From Mycobacterium tuberculosis H37Rv (GTDB taxonomy: Bacteria > Actinomycetota > Actinomycetes > Mycobacteriales > Mycobacteriaceae), in assembly GCF_000195955.2 (NCBI RefSeq), contig NC_000962.3, positions 930,001 to 962,000 of the forward strand: a stretch of DNA of 32,000 nucleotides. Direction: 5' to 3'. Positions 16,057 to 23,730 of this stretch are shown here, piece by piece. Position 1 is the first letter of the stretch. Each line of letters begins with the position of its first letter. A program made the translations under genes and the position numbers. The notes under the pieces were generated by a model that saw nothing but the letters and a program-made list of their open reading frames with translations, searched no databases and was not told where the DNA came from.

Positions 16057-17315
16057 TGGGAGCGCGCGCTATATTCCGCGGGTTCAACCGCCCGAGCCGG
16101 GTGTTGATGATCAACCAGTTCGGCATCAACATCGGCTTCTACATGCTGATGCCGTACCTGGCCGACTACCTAGCCGGGCCACTGGGGCTAGCCGCGTGGG
16201 CGGTGGGTCTGGTGATGGGCGTGCGCAATTTCTCCCAGCAGGGCATGTTCTTCGTGGGTGGCACGCTGGCCGATCGGTTCGGCTACAAGCCACTGATCAT
16301 CGCCGGATGTCTGATCCGCACCGGCGGGTTTGCCTTGCTGGTGGTCGCCCAGTCGCTGCCCAGTGTGCTGATCGCCGCGGCTGCCACGGGCTTTGCCGGC
16401 GCGCTGTTCAATCCCGCGGTGCGCGGCTATCTCGCGGCCGAAGCCGGGGAACGCAAGATCGAAGCGTTCGCGATGTTCAACGTCTTCTACCAGTCGGGGA
16501 TCCTGCTCGGCCCGCTGGTTGGATTAGTATTGCTGGCGCTGGATTTCCGGATCACGGTGCTGGCCGCCGCCGGTGTGTTCGGCCTACTCACCGTCGCGCA
16601 GCTGGTCGCACTGCCCCAACACCGGGCCGACTCGGAGCGCGAAAAAACATCGATCCTGCAGGACTGGCGGGTCGTCGTTCGCAACCGTCCGTTTCTGACG
16701 TTAGCCGCCGCCATGACCGGATGCTATGCGCTGTCGTTCCAGATCTATCTGGCTCTGCCCATGCAGGCGTCGATCCTCATGCCACGCAACCAATATCTCT
16801 TGATTGCGGCGATGTTCGCGGTATCGGGTCTGGTCGCCGTCGGCGGGCAGCTGCGCATCACCCGCTGGTTCGCCGTCAGATGGGGGGCCGAGCGCAGCCT
16901 GGTAGTCGGCGCGACGATTTTGGCGGCCTCGTTCATCCCGGTTGCAGTCATCCCAAACGGCCAGCGGTTCGGCGTCGCCGTTGCGGTCATGGCATTGGTG
17001 CTGTCGGCGAGTCTGCTGGCGGTTGCCTCGGCAGCGTTGTTTCCTTTCGAAATGCGTGCCGTGGTCGCACTGTCGGGCGACCGGCTGGTGGCGACCCACT
17101 ACGGGTTCTACAGCACCATCGTGGGCGTCGGAGTCCTCGTCGGAAATCTGGCGATCGGATCGCTCATGAGCGCCGCGCGCCGCTTAAATACCGATGAAAT
17201 TGTTTGGGGCGGATTGATTCTGGTGGGCATCGTTGCGGTGGCCGGGCTCCGTCGGTTGGACACATTCACCTCGGGTTCCCAGAACATGACCGGTCGGTGG
17301 GCTGCACCCCGGTGA
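16056..17315 (+). CDS. MFS-type integral membrane transporter
   Basis: An ATG at 16056 within track ORF 15372..17315 gives [39 protein letters not shown]..., about 12 hydrophobic helices. The upstream 228 codons of the track ORF are an out-of-frame shadow of cysK2. Confidence 0.85.
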   Translation: MGARAIFRGFNRPSRVLMINQFGINIGFYMLMPYLADYLAGPLGLAAWAVGLVMGVRNFSQQGMFFVGGTLADRFGYKPLIIAGCLIRTGGFALLVVAQSLPSVLIAAAATGFAGALFNPAVRGYLAAEAGERKIEAFAMFNVFYQSGILLGPLVGLVLLALDFRITVLAAAGVFGLLTVAQLVALPQHRADSEREKTSILQDWRVVVRNRPFLTLAAAMTGCYALSFQIYLALPMQASILMPRNQYLLIAAMFAVSGLVAVGGQLRITRWFAVRWGAERSLVVGATILAASFIPVAVIPNGQRFGVAVAVMALVLSASLLAVASAALFPFEMRAVVALSGDRLVATHYGFYSTIVGVGVLVGNLAIGSLMSAARRLNTDEIVWGGLILVGIVAVAGLRRLDTFTSGSQNMTGRWAAPR

Positions 17316-17644
17316 CCCGCGATCCACACAGCCCGGACTGCGGGCGCGAGGGCAGCTACCGCGACACCATCACCCGCCCGTTGACCGACCTACCGGTGGC
17401 CGGCTATCCGTTGGTGCCGCGGGTCGCGTCGCCCCGCTACCGGTGCACAACGCCGCAGTGCGGGCGTGCGGTATTCAATCAGGATCTCGCTAACGTCGAC
17501 CAGTACCTCGTTGTCAATCAACTGGCGCACCAACTCATCGACGGTTCTTCCCTCATACCCGATGCTGACAAGAGATGGGATGCGCGACGACATGCCGACA
17601 TGACGCACCATCTGACATCGAGCCTTAAGGAAAATCAAAGCTAA
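17312..17644 (+). mobile_element. ISL3-family transposase fragment (zinc-finger region only). The open frame then runs on through the antisense of a DUF488 remnant.
   Basis: The GTG at 17312 overlaps the MFS stop (GTGA). The protein reads ..SPDCGREGSYRDTITRPLTDLPVAGYPLVPRVASPRYRCTTPQCGRAVFNQ, which follows the ISL3 zf pattern CPxCG..(V)xDLPxxG..L..RR(Y/W)RC..C...F.E. Recognisable similarity stops near 17488. There are no terminal inverted repeats and no catalytic DDE region. Confidence 0.6.
17490..17593 (-). pseudogene. N-terminal ~34-codon remnant of a DUF488-family gene, truncated at the transposase fragment
   Basis: The minus strand from ATG 17593 reads MSSRIPSLVSIGYEGRTVDELVRQLIDNEVLVDVS. 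This matches the DUF488 N-terminal pattern (x)TIG(H/Y)(S/E)(x)R(S/T)x(E/D)EFxxLLxxxxIxxLVDVR. Similarity ends at about 17490. Confidence 0.45.
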
Positions 17645-18477
17645 TGCCGCCACCCCTCGGCGGCCTGTTCGTCGAAGGTGCGGTCAATGCGCTCGAACCT
17701 GCGGCGGATCGAAGCGCGCGAGGCCGCATGCGGAAGGACGTAGAGGCGGTTGGCCAGAATCGCATCGGCTGTTAGCTGGGCGATATCGTCGACGCCCAGG
17801 TTGTCGTCCTGCAGGGGGAGTGGACCGGGCGATCCCGTCGTTGAGGACTGCGCGCAAGCCGCGCCTCGGATTCGTTCAGAGTTGGCAACCAGATTGGTTT
17901 CGACGACCATCGGGCAGAGCACCGACACCCCAATGCCGTCGGCGGTGACCTCGCGGGCCAGCGTCTCCGCCAGACCGACAACCCCGTACTTGGCAACGCC
18001 GTATGCGCCGAGTCCGGCATTGGGCACCAGCCCGGCAAAGGACGCGGTGAACACCACATGCCCGCCCGTGCCCTGCTCAAGCAACCTCGGCAGGAACGCT
18101 TCGACCGTATGGATCGAGCCCCACAGGTCGACGTCGATCACCCAACGCCAGTCGTCGTGCGTCATCTCCACGATCGGACCGCCGACAACGATGCCGGCGT
18201 TGCTGAATACGACATCGACGTGGCCGAGCAGGCGGAAAGCCTCGTCCGCGAGGTGAGTGACCTCTTCTCGATGCCGGACGTCGCACATCACGCTGTGCAC
18301 ATCGAACCCCTCGGCACGCAGGTGGTTCACCGCCTGCCGAAGTCCCGGCTTGTCAACGTCCCCTAGCACGACTCTGGCTCCGCGGCGGGCGAACTCGGTG
18401 CCGGTAGCCAACCCGATGCCACTGGCACCGCCAGTGATGACCGCACCGCGCCCGGGAAACCCGTCCACAGCACGCAA
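17641..18477 (-). CDS. Short-chain dehydrogenase/reductase (classical SDR)
   Basis: Track ORF of 278 aa. It has the cofactor motif VITGGASGIGLA, NAG, and the catalytic YGVAK (YxxxK). The start is ATG 18477 or GTG 18468. Confidence 0.9.
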   Translation of the reverse strand: MRAVDGFPGRGAVITGGASGIGLATGTEFARRGARVVLGDVDKPGLRQAVNHLRAEGFDVHSVMCDVRHREEVTHLADEAFRLLGHVDVVFSNAGIVVGGPIVEMTHDDWRWVIDVDLWGSIHTVEAFLPRLLEQGTGGHVVFTASFAGLVPNAGLGAYGVAKYGVVGLAETLAREVTADGIGVSVLCPMVVETNLVANSERIRGAACAQSSTTGSPGPLPLQDDNLGVDDIAQLTADAILANRLYVLPHAASRASIRRRFERIDRTFDEQAAEGWRH

Positions 18478-18558
18478 CCCTATTTCAGGCAGTCACCCGC
18501 GTCGACTGCGCCGGGCGAGCGTGATTCTGGCGACGCCACAGCGGCATGTTGCGTCGCG

Positions 18559-19395
18559 GTGTTCACAATCGGTTACAGCTGCGCTAGTCGCGGCGCAGAT
18601 TCATGGTTGATCCGCAGGTGCAGTGTCGTGCAAGGTTGTCTCGACGATCCAGGTGCCACTGTGGAGGCAATCGATGACGACGGATGGCCGCACACCGGCG
18701 ATCCTTGCAGCCCGAATTCGGCGGCCTCCGGCAAATATGGTGAAAGACCAGCTTCGGTGAGTACCGGCGACATTCATTCGTTGGTGATCGCTTCGGACTA
18801 TCGGGTCCCTGATCCCGGTAGAGTGTGGCCGCTGCTGCAGCGCAACAAATCGGCTCTGGCCGACATCGGCGCACACCACGTTCTGATCTACGCGTCAACG
18901 CACGACTCTGGCCGTGTGCTGGTAATGATCGGAGTACGCAGTCGTGAGCCGATCGTGGAATTGCTCCGCTCACGGGTCTTCTTCGACTGGTTCGACGCCA
19001 TGGGCGTCGACGATATCCCGGCGGTCTTCGCCGGCGAGATCGTCGACCGATTTGTCGCGGCGCCTACTACGACTCAGTCCACTCCACGGGTTCCTGGCGT
19101 TGTGGTGGCCGCGTTCGCGTCGGTGAACAACGTGTCCAACCTGACCGCCGAGGTCCGTTCTGCGATAGCCAGGTTTACCGCCGCGGGGATTCGAAAGACC
19201 TGGGTTTTCCAGGCTTTCGACGATGCGCACGAGGTTTTGATCCTGCAGGAGTTTGCCGATGAGGCGGGCGCGCGGCAGTGGATCGAGCATCCCGACGCCG
19301 CCGCCGAATGGATGAGCGGGGCGGGAGTGGGAGCCTACCCACCGCTGTTCGTCGGCCGGTTCTTCGACATGATGCGGATCGAGGCGCTGCAGTGA
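18559..19395 (+). CDS. fadD16: Chimeric ORF: a ~40-aa acyl-CoA synthetase remnant fused to two tandem ~92-aa ferredoxin-like (ABM/Dabb-like) domains
   Basis: Residues 13-48, ADSWLIRRCSVVQGCLDDPGATVEAIDDDGWPHTGD, mimic the adenylate-forming enzyme block GE(L/I)xxRGxxxMxGYxxxPEATxxxIDxDGWxHTGD. The rest is an internal duplication (residues ~74-165 against ~180-272). The symbol is from remembered annotation, and the functional start is uncertain. Confidence 0.7.
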   Translation: MFTIGYSCASRGADSWLIRRCSVVQGCLDDPGATVEAIDDDGWPHTGDPCSPNSAASGKYGERPASVSTGDIHSLVIASDYRVPDPGRVWPLLQRNKSALADIGAHHVLIYASTHDSGRVLVMIGVRSREPIVELLRSRVFFDWFDAMGVDDIPAVFAGEIVDRFVAAPTTTQSTPRVPGVVVAAFASVNNVSNLTAEVRSAIARFTAAGIRKTWVFQAFDDAHEVLILQEFADEAGARQWIEHPDAAAEWMSGAGVGAYPPLFVGRFFDMMRIEALQ

Positions 19396-19435
19396 GCGCA
19401 TCGCTGGGCACTCGGCCCGGCCCGGGTCAGCGACC

Positions 19436-21118
19436 TCACTGCGGCGCCATGGATCCCACGAGTTGGCCAAGCAGGCGGGGGATCTCGAGCCGCGGCAACA
19501 CCACCTCGACGAGCACCATCCGGTCCCGCCGTGCTGCGGCGACGGTGAGGGCGTCGTCGAGTTGGCCATAGGTTTGGGCACGGAACGCGAGGTGATTGGT
19601 CACACCCAGCGCGCTGGGAAGCTCGGTCCAATTCCAGCTCACGATGTCGTTGTACGGGGCCGTCTCGCCGTGGATGGCCCGTTCGACCGTGTAACCATCG
19701 TTGTTGACCACCACGATGACCGGGGACAGCCCTTCGCGGGAGAACGTGCCGAGTTCCTGCACGGTCAATTGTGCGGCCCCGTCGCCGATCAACAGCACCG
19801 TACGGCGGTCCGGATGCGCAACCGCGGCCCCGACTGCCGCGGGCAGCGTGTAACCGATTGAGCCCCACAAGGGTTGGCCGATAAAGGTCACTCCTTGCGG
19901 CAACCGGTGGTCCGCCATGCCGTAGAACGACGTCCCCTGGTCGGCGAGCACCACGTTTCCGGGTGTGAGCGCTGAGCAAACCCGGTCCCACACCATCTGC
20001 TGGGTGAGCGGCTCATCGCGCGCCGGCATCGCCGGCGGCGGTTCGGCGGGCGGCGGTACCACCGGCGGCGAACTGATTCCGCGCCCGGTCAGGATGGTGG
20101 CCAGCGCCTGCAGCGCGGCACTCATTTCCAGTGGTGCGAACACCTGGTCGGCCACGCTGCTCTGGTATTGCCCGATGTCGATGGTCCGGGCCGGGTCGAT
20201 CCGCTGGCTGAAGAAGCCGCTGACCATGTCGGTGAACACCACTCCGGCGGTCACCAGCACCGGCGCCCCTTCGATCGCGGCGCGCACCCGTTCGGCGCTG
20301 GCCGCGCCGGCGTAGATTCCCAGGAAGTTCGGCGAGCTCTCGTCGAGCAGGCTCTTCCCCCACATCAACGTGGCGTGCGGCACCACGTCGGCGGCCAACA
20401 GCGCCTCGAGTTCTTTGACGGCCTGCAGGCGATGAACCAACAGATCGGCGAGCACCGTCAACTGGTGGTCGGCAATGAGTTCGATGGCGGCCTTGGTGAA
20501 CAGCGACAGCGCGCGCGGGCTGGTGCCGCCGGGGTAGCGGGGCAACGGCGCAGCGGGCGGTTCAGTGGGGAAGCGTGCTACGTCGCTGGACAGCAATATA
20601 TATCCTGGACGCTTCTGCTCCCGTACCTCGGACAGCACCCGATCTATTTCTCTACCGGCCGTTGCCGGCATGAGATTGGCTTGGGCACAGGTGATTTCAC
20701 GGCTGATCCGGAGAAAGTGCTCGAAGTCGCCGTCGCCGAGGGAATGATGCAATGCCCGGCGAGTGCCCTGGGCGTCTTTGGTCGGGCCGCCAACAATGTG
20801 CACCACTGGCACATGCTCGGCGTAACTGCCCGCGATCGCATTGGTCACCGAGAGCTCGCCGACCCCGAATGTCGTTACCACCGCTGACATCCCACGCAGC
20901 CGCCCGTACCCGTCGGCGGCATACCCGGCATTCAGTTCGTTGGCGCTGCCCACCCACCGGATGGTCGGGTGGGCCACGATGTGGTCGAGGAATTGCAGGT
21001 TGTAGTCGCCGGGAACGCCGAAGATCTCAGAGACGCCGAGTTCGGCGAGCCGGTCGAGTAGGTAGTCGCCGACGGTGTAGACGGGATCGCTGCAGGCATC
21101 GCTCTTCTGGGGTGTCAC
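19436..21118 (-). CDS. pdc: ThDP-dependent alpha-keto-acid (indolepyruvate / branched-chain) decarboxylase
   Basis: Track ORF of 560 aa. The N-terminus [32 protein letters not shown] is typical of the PDC/IPDC family. The ThDP motif [35 protein letters not shown] is intact. Confidence 0.9.
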   Translation of the reverse strand: MTPQKSDACSDPVYTVGDYLLDRLAELGVSEIFGVPGDYNLQFLDHIVAHPTIRWVGSANELNAGYAADGYGRLRGMSAVVTTFGVGELSVTNAIAGSYAEHVPVVHIVGGPTKDAQGTRRALHHSLGDGDFEHFLRISREITCAQANLMPATAGREIDRVLSEVREQKRPGYILLSSDVARFPTEPPAAPLPRYPGGTSPRALSLFTKAAIELIADHQLTVLADLLVHRLQAVKELEALLAADVVPHATLMWGKSLLDESSPNFLGIYAGAASAERVRAAIEGAPVLVTAGVVFTDMVSGFFSQRIDPARTIDIGQYQSSVADQVFAPLEMSAALQALATILTGRGISSPPVVPPPAEPPPAMPARDEPLTQQMVWDRVCSALTPGNVVLADQGTSFYGMADHRLPQGVTFIGQPLWGSIGYTLPAAVGAAVAHPDRRTVLLIGDGAAQLTVQELGTFSREGLSPVIVVVNNDGYTVERAIHGETAPYNDIVSWNWTELPSALGVTNHLAFRAQTYGQLDDALTVAAARRDRMVLVEVVLPRLEIPRLLGQLVGSMAPQ

Positions 21119-21182
21119 GAAGACGACCGTACGCCGGATTGCGGCTATTCCCGACTGGACGCCGATTCGCTATCGTGCGGCC

Positions 21183-21626
21183 ATGGCCATCAAGGAGTCG
21201 CGCGACATAGTTATCGAAGCAAGTCCCGAGGAGATCCTGGATGTCATTGCCGACTTCGAAGCGATGACCGAATGGTCGCCAGCCCATCAGAGCGTCGAAA
21301 TACTCGAGACCGGAGACGACGGGCGGCCCAGCAAGGTGAAGATGAAAGTCAAGACCGCCGGCATCACCGACGAGCAGGTGGTGGCCTATAGCTGGACCGA
21401 CAGATCAGTGCGGTGGACGCTGGTCAGCTCCACCCAGCAGCGCTCGCAGGATGGAAAGTACGAGTTGACACCCAAGGGCGACAACACCCTGGTCCAGTTT
21501 GAGATCACCGTCGACCCGCAGGTGCCACTGCCCGGCTTCGTGCTGAAACGTGCGATCAAAGGGACGATCGACACGGCCACCGAGGCGTTGCGCAGCCAGG
21601 TGTTGAAAGTGAAGAAGGGTCAATAG
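21183..21626 (+). CDS. SRPBCC (START / polyketide cyclase-dehydrase-like) ligand-binding protein, paralog 1
   Basis: Track ORF of 147 aa: MAIKESRDIVIEASPEEILDVIADFEAMTEWSP... It is clearly paralogous to the ORFs at 22795 and 23257, sharing GRP..VK..VK.AGI.D..V..Y.W and VDP..PLPGFV.KRA. Confidence 0.8.
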   Translation: MAIKESRDIVIEASPEEILDVIADFEAMTEWSPAHQSVEILETGDDGRPSKVKMKVKTAGITDEQVVAYSWTDRSVRWTLVSSTQQRSQDGKYELTPKGDNTLVQFEITVDPQVPLPGFVLKRAIKGTIDTATEALRSQVLKVKKGQ

Positions 21627-21631
21627 TCGCG

Positions 21632-22711
21632 GTGACGACCGGGGGGCCCCTGGCCGGGGTGAAGGTCATCGAACTCGGTGGTATCGGACCGGGGCCGCAC
21701 GCCGGGATGGTGCTCGCCGACCTGGGTGCTGACGTGGTGCGGGTGCGCCGCCCGGGTGGCCTGACGATGCCGTCCGAAGACCGCGACCTGCTGCACCGTG
21801 GGAAGCGGATCGTCGACCTGGACGTCAAAACGCAACCGCAGGCGATGCTGGAGCTGGCCGCCAAGGCCGATGTGCTGCTGGACTGTTTCCGGCCCGGCAC
21901 TTGCGAGCGCCTCGGCATCGGACCCGACGACTGTGCGTCGGTCAATCCGCGACTGATCTTCGCCCGCATTACCGGTTGGGGACAGGATGGCCCGTTGGCC
22001 TCGACGGCGGGTCACGACATCAACTACCTGTCGCAGACCGGTGCGCTGGCGGCGTTTGGCTACGCCGACCGGCCTCCGATGCCGCCGCTAAACCTGGTTG
22101 CCGACTTCGGCGGCGGCTCGATGCTGGTGCTGCTGGGCATTGTGGTGGCCCTCTACGAACGGGAACGTTCGGGTGTGGGTCAGGTCGTCGATGCTGCGAT
22201 GGTCGACGGGGTTAGCGTGTTGGCGCAGATGATGTGGACCATGAAGGGGATTGGCAGCCTGCGCGACCAGCGCGAATCTTTCCTGCTCGACGGCGGCGCC
22301 CCGTTCTACCGCTGCTACGAAACGTCCGACGGCAAGTACATGGCCGTTGGGGCAATCGAGCCGCAGTTCTTCGCGGCGTTGCTGAGCGGGCTCGGCTTGT
22401 CGGCCGCTGACGTGCCGACTCAGCTCGATGTGGCCGGCTACCCGCAGATGTATGACATCTTCGCCGAGCGATTTGCCAGCCGAACCCGCGACGAGTGGAC
22501 GCGGGTTTTCGCCGGCACTGACGCATGTGTTACGCCGGTGCTGGCGTGGAGCGAAGCCGCCAACAACGATCATTTGAAGGCACGATCGACGGTGATCACC
22601 GCCCATGGTGTCCAGCAGGCCGCGCCCGCTCCCCGATTTTCCCGGACACCGGCCGGGCCGGTCAGGCCGCCGCCGGCCGCAGCCACACCGATCGACGAAA
22701 TCAACTGGTAA
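21632..22711 (+). CDS. far: CoA-transferase family III protein, alpha-methylacyl-CoA racemase-like
   Basis: Track ORF of 359 aa. It has LAGVKVIELGGIGPGPHAGMVLADLGADVVRV, GHDINYL and NLVADFGGGSM (catalytic His/Asp contexts as in MCR-type racemases). Confidence 0.85.
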   Translation: MTTGGPLAGVKVIELGGIGPGPHAGMVLADLGADVVRVRRPGGLTMPSEDRDLLHRGKRIVDLDVKTQPQAMLELAAKADVLLDCFRPGTCERLGIGPDDCASVNPRLIFARITGWGQDGPLASTAGHDINYLSQTGALAAFGYADRPPMPPLNLVADFGGGSMLVLLGIVVALYERERSGVGQVVDAAMVDGVSVLAQMMWTMKGIGSLRDQRESFLLDGGAPFYRCYETSDGKYMAVGAIEPQFFAALLSGLGLSAADVPTQLDVAGYPQMYDIFAERFASRTRDEWTRVFAGTDACVTPVLAWSEAANNDHLKARSTVITAHGVQQAAPAPRFSRTPAGPVRPPPAAATPIDEINW

Positions 22712-22794
22712 CCACGGTGGCTGCCGAACACCGCCCACCAACGGCGCGGCGTTGCTAGCGTGAACGTCAGTGGCCGTAAAAGCATCGCGGGAAT

Positions 22795-23229
22795 TTGTCA
22801 TCGACGCGCCTTCCAGAAGTGGTGATGGAGGCGCTGGCAGATGTCGGCGTCCTGGCTTCGTGGTCACCGCTGCACAAACAGGTGGAAGTGATCGACTACT
22901 ACCCGGATGGCCGGCCGCACCATGTGAGGGCAACCGTCAAGATTCTGGGGCTCGTCGACAAAGAGGTCCTCGAATATCACTGGGGCCCGGACTGGGTGTG
23001 CTGGGATGCCGATCAGACCTTCCAGCAACATGGACAGCACATCGAGTACACCGTGAAACCTGAGGGTGTCGATAGGGCCCGGGTGCGCTTCGACATCACC
23101 GTCGAGCCGGCGGGACCGATCCCCGGCTTCATCGTCAAGCGGGCAAGTGAGCATGTGTTGGATGCCGCGGCGAAAGGGCTGCAGAAGTTGATCGCGGGTG
23201 CCGGCGATCAAGGAAACGCGAAATCGTGA
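22795..23229 (+). CDS. SRPBCC protein, paralog 2, with its N-terminus disrupted by a +1 frameshift. The ancestral start is GTG 22770 in another frame.
   Basis: Track ORF 22795..23229 (annotation-style start ATG 22825, MEALADV..). Track ORF 22770..23063 begins MAVKASREFVIDAP, which is the conserved family N-terminus. The frames join at an extra T in ccTTcc (22809-22814), where the paralog has cctcc. Confidence 0.75.
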   Translation: MSSTRLPEVVMEALADVGVLASWSPLHKQVEVIDYYPDGRPHHVRATVKILGLVDKEVLEYHWGPDWVCWDADQTFQQHGQHIEYTVKPEGVDRARVRFDITVEPAGPIPGFIVKRASEHVLDAAAKGLQKLIAGAGDQGNAKS

Positions 23230-23256
23230 CGATGTGACGGGTCCGCGTAGCGGATC

Positions 23257-23730
23257 GTGATTGCTAATTTGGTAGCAGTGGCTATCCGAGCATCGCGCGA
23301 AGTCGTCATCGAAGCGCCTCCGGAAGTGATCGTGGAGGCGCTCGCCGACATGGACGCTGTGCCGTCTTGGTCTTCAGTGCACAAACGGGTCGAAGTCGTC
23401 GACACTTACTCCGACGGTCGACCACATCACGTGAAGGTCACCATCAAGGTGGCGGGCATCGTCGACACGGAGTTACTGGAGTATCACTGGGGACCCGACT
23501 GGGTGGTGTGGGATGCCGCCAAGACCGCGCAGCAACACGGCCAGCACGGCGAGTACAACCTGCGCCGTGAGGATAACGACAAGACCCGAGTGCGATTCAC
23601 CCTCACGGTCGAACCCTCGGCGCCCCTGCCGGCGTTTTGGGTCAACATTGCCCGCAAGAAGATCCTCCATGCGGCGACGGAAGGACTGCGAAAGCAGGTG
23701 GTGGGGCGCCGACGGTTCACGTCGGGCTAG
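23257..23730 (+). CDS. SRPBCC protein, paralog 3
   Basis: Track ORF of 157 aa. Comparison with the paralogs suggests the real start is GTG 23278 (VAIRASREVVIEAPPEVIVEALADM). It is ~55-60% identical by eye to the 22795 ORF product. Confidence 0.8.
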   Translation: MIANLVAVAIRASREVVIEAPPEVIVEALADMDAVPSWSSVHKRVEVVDTYSDGRPHHVKVTIKVAGIVDTELLEYHWGPDWVVWDAAKTAQQHGQHGEYNLRREDNDKTRVRFTLTVEPSAPLPAFWVNIARKKILHAATEGLRKQVVGRRRFTSG

